Source: Bigelowiella natans CCMP2755
Taxonomy: Eukaryota > Protista > Cercozoa
Direction: 5' to 3'
DNA length: 64,000 nt
Assembly (NCBI GenBank): GCA_000320545.1
Contig: ADNK01003512.1
Span: 2,956 to 66,955, forward strand
Shown here: positions 13,990 through 25,306 of the stretch, one piece after another
How the letters are laid out: every line of letters begins with the position of its first letter
Position numbering within the stretch: the stretch's first letter is position 1
Program-made: the position numbers and the translations under genes
Notes under the pieces: model-generated
Databases searched by the model: none
What the model was told of the DNA's origin: nothing
Seen by the model: only the letters and a program-made list of their open reading frames with translations

Positions 13990-14990
13990 ATACGCTGTTG
14001 CAGGAAGCTTCGAGGGAAAGAAGATTCGTCAAAATGCAAAGCAGCTGTTTACTGGAGGGGTGGAGTCTATTCAATTCGCTATGCCTCCTGTAAAGCTTGT
14101 TCGTAATGTCGGAGGAGATCCTTATCCTCTCCCTTCATGGCTCCAAGCAGCAGGCTACAAAGCCACCGGAAATCTCGCAATTACGGGTAGGTGCTTTGTG
14201 TGCATGTATAATCATGTAATTATATCCCAAAATATAGATCATTCTGCTGCTGATGATGATGATGGTGATGCGAGGAGGGGCGAGTATCGTCTCTCCGATT
14301 TGTTCGTAGCATTGAGTTGCTGACGATGTTGCAATTAATTCATCATTACTTTAAAGCTGCTGCTGTAATATTTACTACCCCCTATATACCTAATTAGGTA
14401 ACTCTGGAACGGGTAAATCTTCGTTGACGAACGCCATGCGTGGTCTGAAGGCACGTGACGATGGTGCTGCTGCTGTCGGGGTAAAGGAGACCACATTGGA
14501 GCCTACTCCTTATCACATCAATGTGGATGGGAAAGAGCTGTCCCTCTATGACCTTCCTGGAGCAGGAACACCTAAGTTTCCTCTTGCAACTTACATCCAG
14601 AACATGGGAATCAAGTACTTTGACCTTGTTATTGTTGCTTCGGCAGGTCGTTTCACCGAAAACGACTTGGAATTGATGGACGAGCTTCGCAGGCACGCCA
14701 TCCCCTTCTTTGCATTAAGGACTAAGATCGACCTCGAGATTCGTAACGCTGAGCAGGATTCTGGCGCCTCAGCACAGGAAACGCTCGATAAGATTCGAAA
14801 GGACCTCGAGCATTACACCCTCCTTCCTCCTGATCGTATCTATATGGTGTCATCTCGTCGTCCACAGGAATTCGACTTCCAGCGTCTTAAGGATGATACG
14901 CAGAGTTCGCTGATGCGTGCCTTGGATCTAAAGCTCGCTAAGGCTCTTACAAGGAAACTTGAGGTCCAAAATGTGTGGAACGCATTATAA
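12079..14990 (+). CDS. Immunity-related GTPase (IRG/IIGP p47-like) with predicted bipartite plastid-targeting leader and a DUF1995-like middle region; ~7 exons
   Basis: Exon 1 is a signal peptide (MRSSGYVGTLAMLALSATSALLFF), followed by an Arg/Met/Ala-rich transit-like stretch. The spliced C-terminal domain reads NLAITG|NSGTGKSSLTNAMRGL, GAAAVGVKETT, LYDLPGAGT, YFDLVIVASAGRF, FFALRTKID, VSS, i.e. G1/G2/G3/G4/G5 in IRG-family context. Stop at 14990. Confidence 0.85.
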
Positions 14991-15434
14991 GAAACCAAAA
15001 ATGCAAAACTTCCCATCCAGTTATGGTCGCGGAAATTAAATAAGACACAGTCTGTAGAGATGATATGCTTGATGACCACGACATTTGGATTGAACTTTGT
15101 CGTATGTTGCACATAGCTGTAAGAAATAAGGGACATCATGTTTTCACACTTTAATGAAGAAAATCATGAACTTATTACACATTATGCACAGCTAGACAGC
15201 TTAAAGCTGGCCACAGCTCACAAAACAAAAATAATTACATGCCACATGCAAAAAATGCACACGTTGCGTACATGCATACGCGCATGTAGGCAGGCCCATG
15301 AGAATATTGCTAGCTTGCAGCTCATCACTCTACTTGTCTAGAGCTACGTAACATGGCACAGTACGCACGCGTATTCATCTTGACTTCTAGGCATGCCTAG
15401 CTAGCTAGATGCTGCAGCGCATGTGCATGCCACA

Positions 15435-16103
15435 TGTAACACGTGGTGCTGCCATCACTGTTGCAACTAGCGGTTGAATTGCCCCAACCGCTAATTGCAA
15501 CAGTGGTGGCAGCACCACGTGTTGCACCTCCCCCAGTCGTGCAAGACATTAGTCCTGAGGGGTGAATCGCATGAGATGCCAAGTGATGTCTTCATCACGC
15601 ACTTTGCGTCATTCAGAGTCGACAAAGAAGTCGAGTTCATCAGAGGGTTCCACTCCGTGGTAGCTCTCAGATGCAGCTTCGAGAGCAAAGAACCAATCCA
15701 TGCATTTGAGTCCAGGCACCACAGCAAATAGGACTCGGTAATCTTTCTCGTTGACAGCTTCAAGCAGTTGCTGACTAGTGCACACCTGTCAGTGTGATCA
15801 TGATTCAACTCAGAATGAGAAGGTGAACAGATGATGTTGAACGTGGGCTTAGGCCCCAGAACAGATCTTCCGATGTTCCAGACATCGTCGTTAACTTTGG
15901 AACATTTCAAGATGTCGAATCCAACGTCGAAGTTCTTCAAATGATCGATGTGTCGCTCAGTGATGCGTTCACCGTCCCAGACGTGATGGCGTTCACGTCC
16001 AGTTCTCTCGGTAACTCTGACTACGTCGCTCCACCAAGGATCGTCCTTGTTGCGTCCTCTGGGATTCGCTCACCATTGCAACTAGCGGTTGGGACAATTC
16101 AAA
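15435..16103 (-). mobile_element. Decayed, internally deleted short-LTR retrotransposon related to the element at 62896-64000 (3' end of pol, PPT, 92-bp LTR)
   Basis: Minus-strand translation ANPRGRNKDDPWWSDVVRVTERTGRERHHVWDGERITERHIDHLKNFDVG...VLGPKPTF...EKDYRVLFAVVPGLKCMDWF...HGVEPSDELDFFVDSE*RKVRDEDITWHLMRF aligns with the 63039-63992 ORF, with a frameshift and a stop. It is followed by PPT GGGGGAGG (15527-15534) and TGCA...TACA LTR 15435-15526. Confidence 0.85.
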
Positions 16104-16149
16104 TTGCCATTGTGAAAGCCGCGCAAGATCTAGGAATGTTCTGAAAGAA

Positions 16150-17100
16150 CATTCCCATTGCATTCTCAGCGCATTCTTGACTGTTTCCGCGCATGCGCTC
16201 AACGTTCACCAATCAAAACAGAATTCATTTGAACAAGTGCCCACTCTGCGCTAGCAACTGCGCGCGATTAGCATTGGACATTCTGCCACGGACTGCACAC
16301 AACCAACCCAACGCGTGCATGTGCGCAACGTGATCGACGGTGCACGTCACTAGCTAGCTCGCAGGTCATGTTTGGGCATGTGCACACGTTGAGTCGCAGC
16401 TCGTCTAGCAGCACTGTGCTGCTGCTACTGGCCAGATGTTGGTGTGTGGATCATGTTGCTCATGCATGTGGCACGGTGGACGCCAGCTGCTAGCCATGCA
16501 GGCCAAGGGACGTAGCTAGCTAGCCCCATGTAGAGCCTGCACCAGAGCAGACGAGACGGGCCACACCATCATCAAGCTGCAGGTACATCAGCTAGCACAT
16601 CAAACTTGCTAGCTTGCGCGCATTGATGGCTTTTGCAATGACGCTAATTGAGTGACGCAAACCACTAGCTAGACGACCATGCAGGCCATCTAGCTGTGTT
16701 CGCGCGCCAGTCGCCAACGGCTGACATGCAATCCGCCGCCATGCAATGATGCGTGCGTGCATGCGCGATGATGGACTGCGATGCACACAACGACGCGTGC
16801 CGTACGTCCACGCATGCAGTGCTAGAGTGCATGCGTGGGCGCTAGCTAGCGAGTCTATGACAATTGCGCATGCACACATCTAGCATCGATCAGCACAGCA
16901 ACAAAGTCGCAACACGCGTGTTTCATCATGAACATGACAGTGCGTTGCATATGTGTTGCACACATCGATCTAGTTCGATTCACATCGCATGTCATCTAGT
17001 CATGTGTCATGTGTGTGCAGAATGCACATTGCACATGATCGACATGAGCTCTACACCATGCTAGCATGTGGCGTGCAGCATGGAAGACCATGAATGTTCA
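16150..17100. repeat. Degenerate TpA-depleted repeat block
   Basis: CATG/TGCA/CACGTG-rich, with surviving TA mostly in (G)CTAG runs; no credible ORF. Confidence 0.65.
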
Positions 17101-17442
17101 ATTAGCCAGGTCAAGCTGTCCATGTTTCGGACATTGTGTGCATCGTGCAGGAACACATTCGATAAGCACGTTTGATTGTCGCTTTAAGTAAGCAGTCATT
17201 GTGTAGGCGCAAGTCTGCTCTATCCTCAGGACTGGCAACAAGCGATGCTCATGCATTTCACATACATGCACGCACCGTTTTTGTATGATATTAGATCTCA
17301 TTTTTAATTAATTCTATACATCGTTGAATTTCGTTTTCTTTACGAATGTGACTATTCGTCACGAGAATGAACACACACAGTACGCTTCTTCACTTCTATT
17401 TCTGAACAATCCTTAACCTTATGTTTTCAAGACCAGAAGAAT

Positions 17443-18483
17443 CTAAGGGGTGAACTTAGTTGCGGTAGCGAGGGTGAGACCGTTAACTCCGGATGGATCA
17501 GCGATGTGCTCAGCCCAGTTCTCAACAGGTCCCTTACCGGTAGAAATAGCCTGAACGTAGAATCCGAGCATGGAGAACATAGCGAGACGGCCGTTCTTGA
17601 TCTCCTTAACCTTAAGTTCAGCGAAGGTATCTGGATCGTCAGCAAGTCCAAGAGGATCGAAAGCTCCACCAGGGTTGATAGCATCAAGACCTTCTCCAGC
17701 AGGACCTCCGTTCACACGGTAAGCTTCAGCTCCTCCCATAAGGATGACCTGGCAAGCAAGGATAGCAAGAATCGACTGAGCGTGAACGAGGGAAGGGTTT
17801 CCAAGGTAGTCAAGTCCGCCCTCAGCGAAGATCTGGGATCCAGCCTTGAACCAAACAGGCTCAGCAATAGGAACGCCAGAGTACTTTGCAAGAAGCTCAG
17901 GAGTCACGCATCCGAGTGTTCCAAGCATAGCCCAACGAGCGTGGATTACTTCGGTCTCACGGTATGCAGCGAAGGTGGTTGGGTCAGCGGAAAGTCCCTG
18001 AGTATCCCATCCGTAGTCTCCAGGGAACTCACCAGTGAGGTAGGAAGGAACAGCTCCCTCAGAGAAAGGGCCAAGCCAGAGAGCACGGTCAGGTCCGTAC
18101 CATTCCTGGCAAGCAGCACCTCCAATCTTCTGGCAGGTAACCTGCTGAGCGATCTCAGGGATGCTCATGCCGGACTTGACAAGCTTGTTGGTGATAGCAC
18201 CAGTCTTAACAAGGAGGTCAGCCTTAGGGGACTGGGAGAGGATAGCACGGCCCTGCTCGACGGAGATCTTCTTAGCAGCAAGGGATTGAACACCGCGGAC
18301 AGCAGAGTTGACCATGGATCCGGTGTTGCGGACAGCAACTCCAGCACCGATTTGCTCAGGCTGGGAGGAGAAGGACATGTATGCAACCCCAGCAGCGAGG
18401 GCGCAGTTCACAGCCACAGAAGCAGCGAGGTACTTCTGGGTGGAGGTCTTCTTTGGTGCAGCGGAAAGGAGTCCAGTATCCAT
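17443..18483 (-). CDS. Light-harvesting chlorophyll a/b-binding protein (LHCII, LhcbM-type) with bipartite leader, intronless; copy 1
   Basis: [64 protein letters not shown]. Start taken at MDTGLLS (18483) by comparison with copy 2. Confidence 0.96.
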   Translation of the reverse strand: MDTGLLSAAPKKTSTQKYLAASVAVNCALAAGVAYMSFSSQPEQIGAGVAVRNTGSMVNSAVRGVQSLAAKKISVEQGRAILSQSPKADLLVKTGAITNKLVKSGMSIPEIAQQVTCQKIGGAACQEWYGPDRALWLGPFSEGAVPSYLTGEFPGDYGWDTQGLSADPTTFAAYRETEVIHARWAMLGTLGCVTPELLAKYSGVPIAEPVWFKAGSQIFAEGGLDYLGNPSLVHAQSILAILACQVILMGGAEAYRVNGGPAGEGLDAINPGGAFDPLGLADDPDTFAELKVKEIKNGRLAMFSMLGFYVQAISTGKGPVENWAEHIADPSGVNGLTLATATKFTP

Positions 18484-19486
18484 GATTAAGCTATCGGGGG
18501 TTTGAGTTATGAGGGTTTTGCGTCCAAGGGAAAAGTGCAAGGTTTACTTTCAGGTTAATTTTGGGTTAGACACCGTGCTCAAATCGCTAATTTTAGACAA
18601 TATGACACGAATTATCGATTAAAATTGAAAAATGGACTAATTTACAGCTTTTTGTGCCGATATGTACGCATTCTTCAGACTAAGGATAGTGACCAAAAGA
18701 TGTGATTTTGCTCTTGGGTTCGCCGACTTTGTAATTAATAATTGAAGAAAATATCGGGAGACGGATGAATCATGGGACAATCACCAAAATTTATCCGCAA
18801 ATTAGAAAACCATCCTACCGCATGATAGAACAAAAGAATGCACTTGTGGTATGCACTTGTGTTTTTTGACATTCATGTGCACTTTCATTGTATATGATGT
18901 TGTCTTTTACTGGTAACGACCATGACCTCTTGTAATGTACACTTTTTTTCGTAAATTACGGGATTCTTAAGAATCTCTTGTGGCCAAATGATGTAGGCTG
19001 AACGCTGGTAATTTCGTCTGAAATTCAGACATTCTGGAAGAGCGTTTGTTTTTTCTTCTGGGAGTACCAAAGAGAAGTGGTGCTCCACAAGATGAAACGG
19101 CTTCTTTATTCATCTTGGAGAGTTGTGCAATCTTCAGAATTTGTGCTCATGTATTTTATTGGAAATTAATCCAACAAATGACATGACTGGACCACTTTTT
19201 ACTCGAAATATCGCAAAATTTTACAATAAAAGGGAAAGCTAATTGCAATGATCCGCGAAATTAAGGCTGATTTTATAGATTAAAGAGCATGCAGGAAAAT
19301 AAAGAGCTGTAAATGTAATTTTAAAATACGGTGATTATCTGCTATTTCAGGCAACTGGTTAAGAGTCACAAGCTTTCGCCCGTCCGTTCGAGAAAAAATT
19401 AAAAAAAATGAGACCCCTGTCTCAGATTTAAAGCTGAAGGAATCAAGGGGTGTGATCAAATCTCAAAAACCCGTACAACAATCGTA
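18484..19486. promoter_or_regulatory. Divergent (probably bidirectional) promoter region between the two LHCII genes
   Basis: 1-kb AT-rich spacer between two head-to-head start codons; no individual sites asserted. Confidence 0.55.
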
Positions 19487-20524
19487 ATGGATTCCGCACT
19501 CTACCACGTTCCTAAGAAGACCTCCACCCAGAAGTACCTCGCTGCTTCTGTGGCTGTGAACTGCGCCCTCGCTGCTGGGGTTGCATACATGTCCTTCTCC
19601 TCCCAGCCTGAGCAAATCGGTGCTGGAGTTGCTGTCCGCAACACCGGATCCATGGTCAACTCTGCTGTCCGCGGTGTTCAATCCCTTGCTGCTAAGAAGA
19701 TCTCCGTCGAGCAGGGCCGTGCTATCCTCTCCCAGTCCCCTAAGGCTGACCTCCTTGTTAAGACTGGTGCTATCACCAACAAGCTTGTCAAGTCCGGCAT
19801 GAGCATCCCTGAGATCGCTCAGCAGGTTACCTGCCAGAAGATCGGAGGTGCTGCTTGCCAGGAATGGTACGGACCTGACCGTGCTCTCTGGCTTGGCCCT
19901 TTCTCTGAGGGAGCTGTTCCTTCCTACCTCACTGGTGAGTTCCCTGGAGACTACGGATGGGATACTCAGGGACTTTCCGCTGACCCAACCACCTTCGCTG
20001 CATACCGTGAGACCGAAGTAATCCACGCTCGTTGGGCTATGCTTGGAACACTCGGATGCGTGACTCCTGAGCTTCTTGCAAAGTACTCTGGCGTTCCTAT
20101 TGCTGAGCCTGTTTGGTTCAAGGCTGGATCCCAGATCTTCGCTGAGGGCGGACTTGACTACCTTGGAAACCCTTCCCTTGTTCACGCTCAGTCAATTCTT
20201 GCTATCCTTGCTTGCCAGGTCATCCTTATGGGAGGAGCTGAAGCTTACCGTGTGAACGGAGGTCCTGCTGGAGAAGGTCTTGATGCTATCAACCCTGGTG
20301 GAGCTTTCGATCCTCTTGGACTTGCTGACGATCCAGATACCTTCGCTGAACTAAAGGTTAAGGAGATCAAGAACGGCCGTCTCGCTATGTTCTCCATGCT
20401 CGGATTCTACGTTCAGGCTATTTCTACCGGTAAGGGACCTGTTGAGAACTGGGCTGAGCACATCGCTGATCCATCCGGAGTTAACGGTCTCACCCTCGCT
20501 ACCGCAACTAAGTTCACCCCTTAG
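19487..20524 (+). CDS. Light-harvesting chlorophyll a/b-binding protein (LHCII, LhcbM-type) with bipartite leader, intronless; copy 2
   Basis: Same motifs as copy 1; protein identical from PKKTSTQ to the C-terminus. Confidence 0.96.
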   Translation: MDSALYHVPKKTSTQKYLAASVAVNCALAAGVAYMSFSSQPEQIGAGVAVRNTGSMVNSAVRGVQSLAAKKISVEQGRAILSQSPKADLLVKTGAITNKLVKSGMSIPEIAQQVTCQKIGGAACQEWYGPDRALWLGPFSEGAVPSYLTGEFPGDYGWDTQGLSADPTTFAAYRETEVIHARWAMLGTLGCVTPELLAKYSGVPIAEPVWFKAGSQIFAEGGLDYLGNPSLVHAQSILAILACQVILMGGAEAYRVNGGPAGEGLDAINPGGAFDPLGLADDPDTFAELKVKEIKNGRLAMFSMLGFYVQAISTGKGPVENWAEHIADPSGVNGLTLATATKFTP

Positions 20525-20779
20525 ATTAGTTTAGAATTAAATTTAGCTGTTGACGTGGACCTGCGCACAAGCAGACATCGCAACATTACTCCGTAGCTAC
20601 AGTCAGCACACATGAGTGCCGCGTATAATGACTACTGAATTTGTTCCTCGCTGCAAAAATGTAGCATAATGATAGAAGCACACAGTGCTGAATTTATGAA
20701 ACCTTAAATGGACATTGAATTCATGATTGATGCTTCTTGCAGCTGTCACGGCATCAAAAATTTTCTACTTGCTGTGCGT

Positions 20780-23620
20780 CGTAGCGCTACTCATGGTCAC
20801 ACTGTCACACTCGCACGCATGCACCACACAAGAATGTAAACACCACATCACACTCGACTACTTGCGCATGTTATTGAGTTGGCTTTGTGGCTTGAGAAAG
20901 ACCTTTGGGAACTGCGCAAGGCGCATGTCAACGCACAGCGATGCGTTCGCCCAATGTGTGCAAACATGTGCGACAGGCACTCCACTAGCACTCAATGGGA
21001 GCACTGTGATGTCCATGCACAATCACTGCTAGCTACTAGCTAGAGCAGCACACAATGCCTCCACCTAGCCACATGCACGCAACATCGGGTGAGCTAGCAT
21101 GTGTGCATGCACAGCAGCAGAGTGACAAGCCACGTGCACGTGCAGCCACAATGTGCACGCTGCACTGCTAGACTGGTCGTCTAGCAGCAGTGCATGCCAG
21201 CTGGAGCTGGGCACAAACGATTTTTTTCATTTGGAAATGCTTTGCTTTGCTTCTGAACAAGTGTTTGATTTGAACAAACAATGCCTACGTGTCGCGAAAC
21301 TGGTGTTTGGTTTGTTCAAATGATGTTCGAACAAGAAGCAGCATTTGCAAATGTTTTCCTGTGAAAATCATTGGCAAATGATTTGAAAAATTTGAAACGT
21401 TCCCGCACAGCTGCGCGCAAAGCACGACATGACAGACCAAATCGCAATGCATTTGAATGCACAATTGTGCAACGTGTGACAAAGGGAACAAACAATCGCA
21501 CAGGCACAACTTCACAACTTGTTGCAGATGGACACAGTTGTTGCGTGGACGCCATGCGCACGTAGATGTGTGGCATCATGGCGCACACATGCTGCCATTG
21601 AAAAGATTTGATCACTTCATCACATCCGTCTCATGGCTACTCAGGACTCAGGACTCAGCCCCACAGACTCAGGAACTGTTTTTCTCTGCTTTGCAACCTC
21701 CAGCTGTGCCTTTCTCGTGTTTGAGAACTTTCCAAAATCTGTCCAACTTTGACAATTTGTTGAGCATCACCAATGCTTCAGCTGTGTCTGTCGACAATGC
21801 ACTTCGACGCGCTGTCAGCAGTGTCAAGCCACACAACAAGAAGATGCGTTCGGACTCGACTGACGCAGCTTCAAATCATCATTTTCCTTTTCATGCCGAG
21901 TGATGCTTCTCCAAAATGGAGCTTCATGCATGAAGATGCATTCTGATGGAAAATGACAAGCCCTGCGGGTGGGGTTGTCAATTGCAAATGCAATTTGAAA
22001 CAGTGCCAACATGGCATCTGATTGGTTGTTTCTTTGGTGAAATCAGGGAAGCAAAAGCAATGCAGCATGTTGCAGACACATGTTTTTGATTGCTAGTTTG
22101 TTGCACCAATGAGAATGAGCTGCGCTCTCGCAAGATGTGCACGATCGCAACAGCAGCTGCTGCACGTGCTGCTGACTAGCTAGCTAGTAGCCCCAGCTGA
22201 CTGGAGCTAGTAGCAATGAAGTTTCATCAGTGCGAGATGCTGGCGAGATGGTAGCGAGACGGATGCAATGAAATGATCTGTCACTTTTTTCAATGGTCCG
22301 TCACAATCTAGCAATGCACATGCTGGCATGTGCAGTCCAACAGCACCAGAGCAGCAGTGCGCAGCACGTGTGCCAGCGCATGGCATGGCGGCTGCGTGCG
22401 TGCATGCTGCGCATGCGCAGCACATGCGCAGGCCTAGCTAGCTAGCCTGGTCGCCGTGGCCACGTGGGTGATTTTTCTTCAGAAATTCACCGACAACGCA
22501 AGCTCAGGAGATCTCAAATTCAGCTAGCAATGTCGGCAATGATTGGCCACGCTAGACGCATGCAAAAGCTCAATTTTGGTGATTTTCTTGAAACATTTCC
22601 AAAAACATTTGCAAACACATTTGATTTGATTTGGTTTGAACAAATGCGAATGTTTTGAAAAATTGTTTCCAAACACCAAATGCTTGCAAACTTGTGTTTG
22701 GTTTGTTCAAATGCTGCTCTAGCTCATGCAAACAAGTGTTTGATTTGAACAAATGATGTTTGTTCAAATGCATTTGCAAACACATTTGTTTTCAAACATT
22801 TGTGCCCAGCCCTAATGCCAGCATGCCAGCATGCCAGGCGCGCCCACAATGCATGTGGACAAGCCAGAAGGTGTGCACTTGGCACAAATTCATCTGGTTG
22901 TGTCCAGCGATGTGCACGTGCGTGTTGTGCATGCGTGGACTTGCAAGAAGTCCCTGCACGTGCATGTCTGTGACACGTGCATCAACTGCTTCACATGCAC
23001 CTTTGACCTCACGTGTGGCACACATCAGCGCACAGGATTCATGTGTGCATTGCACTTGCTTGTCGCATCATCAGCTGTCTTTCCCACCAACCGCTGACAA
23101 CGAACACATTGCAACACGTGTGACGCCTTCCAAACAAGAGTCTTGTGCCAATCCTGCGTTCTCCATCTTGCGCCATTGCCCTGCGCAGCATCGCATTGCA
23201 TCATCACAGAAAATGCACCACGTGCACCGTGATGCTTTTGATGAACGTGACATGCGAAGTGTTTCATCGCTTGCGCACGCTGACCAAATGGGATCACAAG
23301 GCGAGAAAGCACACGTGTCGTGACTTGTTTGGTGCGCATAGCGTGGACATGAAAAGAGCACATGTGCTTTCACTCATGCATGCAGTGCACATGCAGAATG
23401 GGTGCATGTCCAGATGTGTTTGCACACGCGCACACGTGTGTGGACTCACAAGTCCCTACATGTGACTCGCATGGCACGTGCACGTACGCTGTAGGAGGCG
23501 CACAGTGCATGCAATGTCACATGACATGGCAATGCAAGGCACGTGCCACGGGTGATGAAACATGCGAGGCAAGAATGACGCTGTGATCGAATGAGCGCGT
23601 AAGCGTCGGCCACCATCACA
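20780..23620. repeat. Large degenerate, strongly TpA-depleted repeat/TE block
   Basis: About 19 TA in 21601-23460 by eye. Internal direct and inverted repeats, e.g. AACAAGTGTTTGATTTGAACAAA at ~21256 and ~22731, and GTGTTTGGTTTGTTCAAATG at ~21303 and ~22694. Confidence 0.8.
21595..22296. mobile_element. Possible non-autonomous TIR element (MITE-like), ~700 bp
   Basis: Imperfect inverted termini: CCATTGAAAA...GATCACTTCATCACATCCGTCTC (21595-21632) versus the reverse complement of 22256-22296, CCATTGAAAAAA...GATCATTTCATTGCATCCGTCTC. A third copy lies near 8360-8432. No TSD identified. Confidence 0.45.
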
Positions 23621-24629
23621 TCTAGCGCAGATGTACATCTGCGCTACTTGTTAGCCTAGCACACCGAAACGATGCACAGCCTCATTGTTTATCATACTAA
23701 CGCATGTGACAATTCGCATGACGCAAGAAGCGAATTCAAGATTATGCAATATTGGAACTATGTGACGAAATACATTCGGAGTGTAGCAGTCACTAATCAT
23801 TAGTTATCTAGACCAAACCGATTCGAATACGTGTGTATCGTTCGCTTTCCATCAATCACAAGCAAATCTTGATAAGCAATATAAGAGCAAGTAAGAAAGC
23901 GTTGTCGAAGCCTCTGTACGACGGATAAGTCCTATTCGCAAAGACTCACACTTCTGATGACAATGGTTGAATGAAGAATGTTGCTTCGGTATGTTACAGG
24001 ATTGTTACGTGATTTTCCAGTTTATGCTGATGCGTATGAGTGTTACACACGTGAAGTCTTGGTACATGTACCCCCGAGTAGCACAAACAATTATTTTAAA
24101 TATTTAAAGACCTACGATGATTGTAATTTGTATAATTACAGTGACTTACGAAAACTATTCAGATTAAAATTTGATGCAAAAAAGTGTTATTTCAATGAAA
24201 AAAGTATCGAAACAAATTCAAGGTTCTGGTATTGAGTAATTTGCCAGTATGATAATTTCCTCTGCGCACATTGCTAAAGAAACTAATGCACGATGCAAAA
24301 AGGTTCACATATTTACATAAATATATCTTAAGTTTAATAAACAAGTACTAGGTAGAGGGCGTCTCTTCATCAAAAATAGATTCAGAAAGGTATATTTGGG
24401 TCAACTGCAGATAATGGCTTGGAATAAGATAAAATTAGAGCAACGCCAAGGAGAGAATACCGATAATTTATTAGAAGGTTGGTATTGCTGTTGAGGAAGA
24501 TTTGGTAAGCTCGGCATATCAGCAACCACCCAAAAAACGGAGAGAGAGATCTCATTGTTAAAGAATTTTACTCATCTTCTCCTTACTTTGATGATTCATA
24601 ATCAGCCAACGGTGTCATAATTCCATTTG

Positions 24630-25253
24630 CTAACAGCACTTCTGCGAGCATAGGTTGAAGTACGTCCTTCCACCGCTTCCTCCTCCTTTAAACGAAAGTC
24701 CACATGATGACGTCGCTGGGGGGAGGGTGCTGGTAGCTTGGGTCCGTCGCCGTTTGAGTGTATAACGGGATGACGACGTGTTCTTCGCCAGCAATGCAGA
24801 TGGGGAGCCTCTTGAGTTTGGCGAAGTAGTCATTCTCACGGAGTCAGGAATTGCTGCAGCATAACCAGTATGGCAACGGGTAGAAACGCGTCTAGTCCCT
24901 TTTGAATAAAAGAAAATACCGAGGGAACCATGAGGATTGAGTTTTGCGGTTTTTTTATGACTACTAACAATATACCAGGTTTTGTAGAATGTTTGTGGCT
25001 AATCTTCACACTTCTTTGTTGCCGCAACTCGTTTCCATGACGGGTACGGGGTTTATTCTGCTTTGTAGCCATAGCGGCTGCCATTGCTCGAGCGATTTTG
25101 CCAGCGTTCTTAGGACGGCGCCCTCGACCCCGGAACAAGTACCTTAAGTTGTTCAAAGAATGAAATAATCTTCTCCACGATTTCATCATATCATCGTCAT
25201 CATTCCAATTGGAGAATTCAAGACTTTATTAGACACCACACAACGCACACACA

Positions 25254-25306
<53 letters not shown>

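Noticed and set aside
18484-18540. Upstream extension MHFSLGRK... of LHC copy 1
   Set aside because: Begins at a non-ATG codon; comparison with copy 2 supports the ATG at 18483.
17506-20185. Long antisense ORFs (327 aa and 240 aa) over the LHC genes
   Set aside because: Shadow ORFs produced by strong codon bias on the coding strand.
21256-22800. Recurring ~20-bp motifs as a CRISPR-like array
   Set aside because: Irregular spacing, mixed orientation, eukaryotic context and no cas genes; better explained as TE subterminal repeats.
20780-23620. CpG-methylation decay or classical RIP as the cause of the CA/TG excess
   Set aside because: CpG remains frequent and TpA is the missing dinucleotide; RIP would increase TpA. 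A minor CpG contribution is not excluded.
20727-23638. Many overlapping Cys/His/Met/Ala-rich ORFs on both strands (also at 7.6-8.6, 16.5-17.3, 26.8-28.0 and 58.5-59.6 kb)
   Set aside because: By-product of TpA loss, which removes TAA/TAG stops and turns Tyr codons into His/Cys; no coherent domains.
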